NCBI GenBank assembly: GCA_963693055.1
Contig: OY843751.1
Span: 6,048,001 to 6,112,000, forward strand
DNA: 64,000 nt
Origin: a bacterium
Lineage (GTDB): Bacteria; Zhuqueibacterota; Zhuqueibacteria; Residuimicrobiales; Krinioviventaceae
Direction: 5' to 3'
The notes beneath the pieces were generated by a model. That model was not told the DNA's origin, did no database searches, and worked only from the letters and a program-made list of their open reading frames with translations. The translations under genes and the position numbers were made by a program. Below, piece after piece: positions 58,819 to 64,000 of the stretch; within the stretch, counting starts at the first letter, position 1; every line of letters starts with the position of its first letter.

Positions 58819-61461
58819 ATGAAAAATTTATTTTGTAGCCAAAGAGATCTTAAAAATGAAGCAACTGTTGAAGCCTTATTTATTGATAGATTTCTTCAAC
58901 TATTAGGTTATGATGATAATAAGATAAAAAGAAAAGAAAGTATTGATGAAATTGTTATTGGTAGGGGCTCTAGTAAAGAAAAATACAAACCTGATTATGT
59001 TTTGCTTGATTCAAGAAATAAACCTATTATTATAATTGATGCAAAATCTCCAAAAATAAATGATATAAAAAAATATTACTATCAAATTAGCTCCTATGCA
59101 TTGGCATTAAATCAAAAGTATTGTGATGAGAACCCTGTATTATATACTATTTTAACAAACGGTCAATTCTTCATTGTTTATTCATGGGACAATAATCAAG
59201 CACTTTTTTATCTTCGTTTTGAAGATTTTACCTATAATAATGAAAAATTTTTAGAAATAAGATCTAATTTATCATATCATGCGTTTAAGCAAGTTGCCGC
59301 CACTGAAGGTGTCTTTGAGTTTAGAAGACCTGACTTAAATAAGCTCTTGAAAACATTTAATGATTGTCATAATTTAATTTGGAAAAAAGAAAAAATCAAT
59401 CCAACAGATGCTTTTTATGAATTTTCAAAAATTATGTTTATCAAAATTAGAGAAGATAATAAAATTCATAATATAATTGAAAGCGGTAATAACCCCCAAA
59501 AAAAAGATTTTATTTTTTCAACAAATTGGATTGATGAACAAAGTAAAGTTGAACCCCATCCAGTAAATTCAATATTATTTCGTCAAATACAAGAAGAACT
59601 AGAAAGACAAATTAGAGACAATAAGAAAAAACGTATTTTCGAAAAAAATGAAGGATTAGCACTAAAAGCAACTACTACTTATGAGGTTGTAAAAAAATTG
59701 CAGCACTTTGATTTATACGGAATTGATGAAGATCTAAATGGTAGAATGTTTGAAACTTTTTTAAATGCTACCGTTAGAGGAAAAGGATTAGGGCAATTTT
59801 TTACCCCTAGGGGGGTGGTCCATTATATGGTAGAAACATCCCCTATCTATATATCACTTGATAAATCATTACCTATTAGCGAAAGAATGCCATTTATAAT
59901 GGATGGTTGTTGTGGTAGCGGTGGATTTCTAATTGATGCTATGTCACAATTTATTAGACGAATAAATATAAATAGTTATTTATCTCAAACAGAAAAACAG
60001 CATTACTTGGAAGAAATAAAAAACAATCATCTTTATGGGATTGATGCTAATTCCAAGATAGCTAAAATTAGTAGATTAAATATGTATCTTCATGGTGACG
60101 GTGGTAGTAAAATATTCCAAGCTGATACATTAGATAAAGATTTATCAATTGAACTTGGAATAACCGAAGAAGAAAAAGAGGGTTTAATTGAATTAAAGAA
60201 ACTTCTTATTGAAGAAAAAAACAAGTTTGATATTATCTTAACAAATCCACCTTTTAGTATGAAATATAATTCAAATGATAAACATGAAGAAAGAATTTTA
60301 AATCAATATGATATAGCTAAATCACCAACTAACAATGTCTCTTCAACAGAAAAATCAAACGTTTTATTTTTGGAAAGATATCATGATTTACTAAAACCTA
60401 ATTCTGGTGAATTGTTAACTATAATAGATGATACTGTATTAAATGGTGAAAAAAGTCAAAAATATCGAGATTTCATTCTTGAAAATTTTAATATTATACA
60501 AATCATTTCTCTTCCCTTTAATACTTTTTTTAGAGCAGAAGCAAATATCAAAACTTCTATTATTCATCTAAGACGAAAAAAAAATAATGAAAAACAGGGT
60601 TCAATTTTTATGGCCATCACTAATAATATTGGACATGATGATCATAGTAACGATACACCTGATAGAAACAATCTACCTTTAACTGCAAAATACTTTGATA
60701 TGTGGAAAAATGGTGAAAATTTTGAGGATCAAATAATTTACAATGAAAATATTGATGAATCATTAAGTTGTCCTTTACAAATTTTTATTGTAAAACCTGA
60801 AAACTTGTATATTAGTAGACTTGATGCCTTTTATTATTCACCAGAATTAAAAAACATAAAAAATTTACTAAATAATAAAAATGATAAAGGTGAAATAATT
60901 ATTAAAAAAGGTAGTGACTTTAATATAATTAAAGAAACAAAAAAGGATGAAGAAAAACAATATTATGGTAATATTTTTAAATATTTTGAGATAGGTGACG
61001 TTACAATTGATGGTACTATTGTTAAACATCGAATTGATAATTTTGAAAATCTACCAACAAGAGCACGTCTCTTTGTTCAAGCTGGTGATGTTATTTTTGC
61101 CAAAAATAATAGTAGTAGGGGCACAACTGTTATTATCCCCAAATGGTTCGATAACAATTTTGTAACTACTGGTTTTATTGGTATAAGGCCAAACAATGAA
61201 GAAGAAGCATTATTATTATGGAATATATTTGAATCAGAGCTTTTTAGAAAACAAATTTACTATCTTTCTATTACCGCCTCTCAACCTGAAGTGCGTCATA
61301 CTATTTTTAAAAATGAAATACTTATTCCTTGGCCAGTAGACGACTCGTTAAAAGAAAAAATTCTTAATAATGTAAAAAAAATTGAAACTGCGAGAGGCAA
61401 TCTTACTGATGCCTTGATAAATGCAAAAGAAGAAATTAATAAATTAATAGAAATAAATTAA
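58819..61461 (+). CDS. Single-chain restriction-modification enzyme (type IIG-like: nuclease + N6-adenine MTase + specificity-like C-terminus)
   Basis: KPDY...IDAK PD-(D/E)xK, LTNG; GQFFTPR, DGCCGSGGFL, TNPPF; C-terminal RLDA...GDVIFAK..TTGF; AT-rich. Confidence 0.85.
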   Translation: MKNLFCSQRDLKNEATVEALFIDRFLQLLGYDDNKIKRKESIDEIVIGRGSSKEKYKPDYVLLDSRNKPIIIIDAKSPKINDIKKYYYQISSYALALNQKYCDENPVLYTILTNGQFFIVYSWDNNQALFYLRFEDFTYNNEKFLEIRSNLSYHAFKQVAATEGVFEFRRPDLNKLLKTFNDCHNLIWKKEKINPTDAFYEFSKIMFIKIREDNKIHNIIESGNNPQKKDFIFSTNWIDEQSKVEPHPVNSILFRQIQEELERQIRDNKKKRIFEKNEGLALKATTTYEVVKKLQHFDLYGIDEDLNGRMFETFLNATVRGKGLGQFFTPRGVVHYMVETSPIYISLDKSLPISERMPFIMDGCCGSGGFLIDAMSQFIRRININSYLSQTEKQHYLEEIKNNHLYGIDANSKIAKISRLNMYLHGDGGSKIFQADTLDKDLSIELGITEEEKEGLIELKKLLIEEKNKFDIILTNPPFSMKYNSNDKHEERILNQYDIAKSPTNNVSSTEKSNVLFLERYHDLLKPNSGELLTIIDDTVLNGEKSQKYRDFILENFNIIQIISLPFNTFFRAEANIKTSIIHLRRKKNNEKQGSIFMAITNNIGHDDHSNDTPDRNNLPLTAKYFDMWKNGENFEDQIIYNENIDESLSCPLQIFIVKPENLYISRLDAFYYSPELKNIKNLLNNKNDKGEIIIKKGSDFNIIKETKKDEEKQYYGNIFKYFEIGDVTIDGTIVKHRIDNFENLPTRARLFVQAGDVIFAKNNSSRGTTVIIPKWFDNNFVTTGFIGIRPNNEEEALLLWNIFESELFRKQIYYLSITASQPEVRHTIFKNEILIPWPVDDSLKEKILNNVKKIETARGNLTDALINAKEEINKLIEIN

Positions 61462-61953
61462 ATGAAAAAAAACGTATTTCTACCCACTTATAAAGGTTGT
61501 TTTGTCTGCGGCGAGCACGATCATAATCCATCAACGCTCAATGTACGCTTTCGGGTAACAGACGAGGGTGTTGAAGTACCTTTTACTACCACCTTTCGTC
61601 AGGCGGGTTACCAGGGTGTTGTTCATGGGGGTGTAATCTCTGCTCTGTTGGATGAAACCATTGGCTGGGCCGTAGCTGTGGAAACCAAAAAATATTTCAT
61701 GACTGGCGAGCTAAATGTTCGCTTTGTTCGTCCCTTACCTGTGGACCTTGATATTATGGTCAAAGGACGCTTTGTGGAAAACAAGAAACGGTTTTCCACT
61801 GCCGAGGGTGAAATTGTGGACAAGGACGGCACCATCTATGCCAAAGCCACGGGCAAGTTCTTTCCCATGCCGGAAGAGTTTACAAAAAATGTCAAAGACT
61901 ATTTGACCTTTCAGGAAAATGATCTCGACATCCTCACCGGAGAACATAAATAA
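61462..61953 (+). CDS. PaaI-family thioesterase
   Basis: CFVCG..NP, HGGVISALLDE, VRFVRP. Confidence 0.88.
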   Translation: MKKNVFLPTYKGCFVCGEHDHNPSTLNVRFRVTDEGVEVPFTTTFRQAGYQGVVHGGVISALLDETIGWAVAVETKKYFMTGELNVRFVRPLPVDLDIMVKGRFVENKKRFSTAEGEIVDKDGTIYAKATGKFFPMPEEFTKNVKDYLTFQENDLDILTGEHK

Positions 61954-61973
61954 AAAAAATAGAATCCCCAAAA

Positions 61974-62002
61974 ATCGTGGCAGAGATGTTCTCTGTCACG
62001 AT
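61974..62002. repeat. REP-like palindrome (GTGACAGA family)
   Basis: ATCGTGGCAGAGA-TGT-TCTCTGTCACGAT between convergent genes. Confidence 0.65.
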
Positions 62003-62034
62003 AACTATTATAATTTTCAATCCCCGAAATGATC

Positions 62035-62451
62035 TTATTTCCAATTGCTAATGTCCTTCTTGAACGCCAAAAAAGTTGGTAAAAGTTCTTTTACAAGTGG
62101 AGTAATGCGTTCAGGATATAAATCTAAAGCATAAGCATGAGTAAAAAAATGTCGAAAAGCCAAGAATCCACCTAAAACATTTTTTAATTCTTTGGAAATG
62201 ATTTTATTTTCGACCGCCAATCCCAACATCTCTTTATGCCAGGAAGATCCTGATGGTATATCAATCTTTTCATATTTGGATATTTGTTTTATTATATTTT
62301 CAATGCCATTATAAAAATTATGCAATAAAGTAGCAACTCCGGCAAGCTCAAGAGTAGATAATTCAGGCAACATTTCTGCCGGTGGTAATTCTTTGATCAA
62401 TAATTCAATATTTTTCAATTCAAGGCTAATTTTTTCTTTCAGAGCCAGCAT
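62035..62451 (-). CDS. HEPN (HepT-like) ribonuclease toxin
   Basis: LHNFYNGIE, WHKE, FRHFFTHAY (RX4HXY). Confidence 0.85.
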   Translation of the reverse strand: MLALKEKISLELKNIELLIKELPPAEMLPELSTLELAGVATLLHNFYNGIENIIKQISKYEKIDIPSGSSWHKEMLGLAVENKIISKELKNVLGGFLAFRHFFTHAYALDLYPERITPLVKELLPTFLAFKKDISNWK

Positions 62452-62713
62452 ACAAAACCACCCCTTCTTTTAGTATGATATCCTTGAAAAGGCTTTTCTT
62501 GTCCAAATCAATCAGATCCACAGGTTTGGAAAGATTAAAAATCAAATCACCATAAAATTTAAAATAGTCCGAGTCCTGGACCCCCTCTACTGCCAAATCA
62601 ATATCTTGAGCGTTTGAATCAGATTGTAAACTACTACCAAAAAGCAAAATTCTGGAAACTTTGTATTTTACACCCAGTCTGATTATTTTCTTTTTATCTG
62701 TATCATTCAACAT
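62426..62713 (-). CDS. Minimal nucleotidyltransferase (MNT) antitoxin
   Basis: LFGS...DIDLAVEG, VDLIDL, I..EGV; overlaps HEPN start; ATG 62713 preferred. Confidence 0.85.
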   Translation of the reverse strand: MLNDTDKKKIIRLGVKYKVSRILLFGSSLQSDSNAQDIDLAVEGVQDSDYFKFYGDLIFNLSKPVDLIDLDKKSLFKDIILKEGVVLYAGSERKN

Positions 62714-62870
62714 TATATAGTTCCTTTTTATAAAATACAATGTAATTATACCATAGGCAAGAAAATTCTCTTTCCTGTTTGGAATAGCGGGCATTCAATT
62801 TTAATCAAAATTTCATTTTGTAATTAATTAGATTTACCTTAACTTCTCTTTTCTTAAAAAGGAGACCATC

Positions 62871-64000
62871 ATGCCAGAGTGGGCCGCTAACCGCATCGGA
62901 TATCAATGTTTTATAGACAGTTTTGCCATTGGCAATCAATCCGTTTATGACAAAGCTTTACTTTACCCGGAAACCGTTTACGGAGAAAAAACCCGTCTGC
63001 TGGACTGGGGAGAAGAATTTGACCGCTACAGCTACGGTTACAGCTTTTACGGTGGTGACCTGCCCGGTGTAAGTCAAAATGTCTCGGCGTATTTATCCAC
63101 TCTGGGCATTGATCTGCTTTATCTCACCCCCATATTCAAAGCCAACACCAACCATAAATACGATACTATGAACTATCGCCAAATAGATCCGCAATTCGGT
63201 TCGCTTGAAGATTTTAAATCTCTGGTACAAAACTGTCATGACCACAATATTCGCCTGATCATAGATGGTGTGTTCAACCACACCAGTAAAGAGCATCCCT
63301 GGTTTTTAAAAGCATTAAAGGGAGAGCAACCCTTTACAAAATATTATAAAAAGAACAAAGACGGCTATTACCTGTTCTGGTCCGGTATAGATACACTGCC
63401 GCTGCTCAGTCATGACAGTGAGGATATACGTAAAGAACTTTACGAGTCTCCGCATAGCGTAATCAGCTACTGGCTCGAACAGGGCGCAGACGGCTGGCGT
63501 CTGGATGTTGCAGAAGAACTGGGCCACTCTGTTATCCGCAATATAAAGACGGCAATGCGAGAACGTCATCCTGAAAAGCTCTTGATCGGCGAGGTCATGG
63601 AAACCTATGGTAAAAGCTGGTTAGGTAACGATCTTCTGGATGGTGTAATGAACTATGTATTCCTTGGCACCACTGTCAATTTTCTTACGGATAAAATTGA
63701 CGGCATCAATTATATGGACGAGCTGGTCAAAATGTATAATGAATACCCCAAGCCCCAACTCTTTACCAGTTGGAATCTCATAAGCAGTCACGATACCAAC
63801 CGCATGCTATACCAGGTAGACGGAAACGAAAATCTGTTCAAAATGGCAGTAACGCTGCAATTTACATATCCCGGTACACCCATGATTTATTATGGTGACG
63901 AATTGGGTATAATACCCGGGAAAAAAGATGAAAGCAATCGTCGGGGTATGGACTGGTCTGGTGCGGACTGGGTAACTCTTAAAGCCCCTGAACCGTGGAA
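62871..64000 (+). CDS. GH13 alpha-amylase family (neopullulanase/cyclomaltodextrinase-like), 3' truncated by window edge
   Basis: AGGAG RBS + MPEWAA..YQ..DSF; YGGDL, YLTPIF, NHKYD, DGVFNH, DGWRLDVA, GEV, SHD, PMIYYGDE; absent from the ORF track because there is no stop. Confidence 0.9.
   Translation, partial: MPEWAANRIGYQCFIDSFAIGNQSVYDKALLYPETVYGEKTRLLDWGEEFDRYSYGYSFYGGDLPGVSQNVSAYLSTLGIDLLYLTPIFKANTNHKYDTMNYRQIDPQFGSLEDFKSLVQNCHDHNIRLIIDGVFNHTSKEHPWFLKALKGEQPFTKYYKKNKDGYYLFWSGIDTLPLLSHDSEDIRKELYESPHSVISYWLEQGADGWRLDVAEELGHSVIRNIKTAMRERHPEKLLIGEVMETYGKSWLGNDLLDGVMNYVFLGTTVNFLTDKIDGINYMDELVKMYNEYPKPQLFTSWNLISSHDTNRMLYQVDGNENLFKMAVTLQFTYPGTPMIYYGDELGIIPGKKDESNRRGMDWSGADWVTLKAPEPW

Noticed and set aside
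63093-63569. Two short minus-strand ORFs
   Set aside because: Antisense to the GH13 gene that runs off the window end.

Overview
Bacterial chromosomal window of moderately low GC. FlgD-Ig/'YPNPFNP' C-terminal modules, TAT-exported sulfatase/oxidoreductase, polysaccharide lyases and bacillithiol genes suggest a KSB1/Calditrichota-like FCB organism (inference). Housekeeping and carbohydrate genes (dGTPase end, glpF, aspA-like, ldh, yciO-like, nagB, lnt, bshB1/bshC, GH2, GH13, PL8, PL14) alternate with AT-rich accessory inserts. These include a ~1258-aa KAP P-loop NTPase gene split by an IS5 and an IS3 (both with exact target duplications), an IS256, a single-chain type IIG-like R-M gene, two nucleotidyltransferase TA-like pairs, and at least three dispersed palindromic repeat families. 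The strongest novelty candidate is a 1.82-kb unit (40461-42280) that encodes only two paralogous DUF1670-like proteins. It is bounded by short inverted ends and a duplicated CATATG, and its excised junction would be a near-perfect 24-bp palindrome. It looks like an IS-like mobile element with no recognisable transposase or recombinase. No rRNA, tRNA or CRISPR array was seen. All family assignments are by motif recognition, without database searches.
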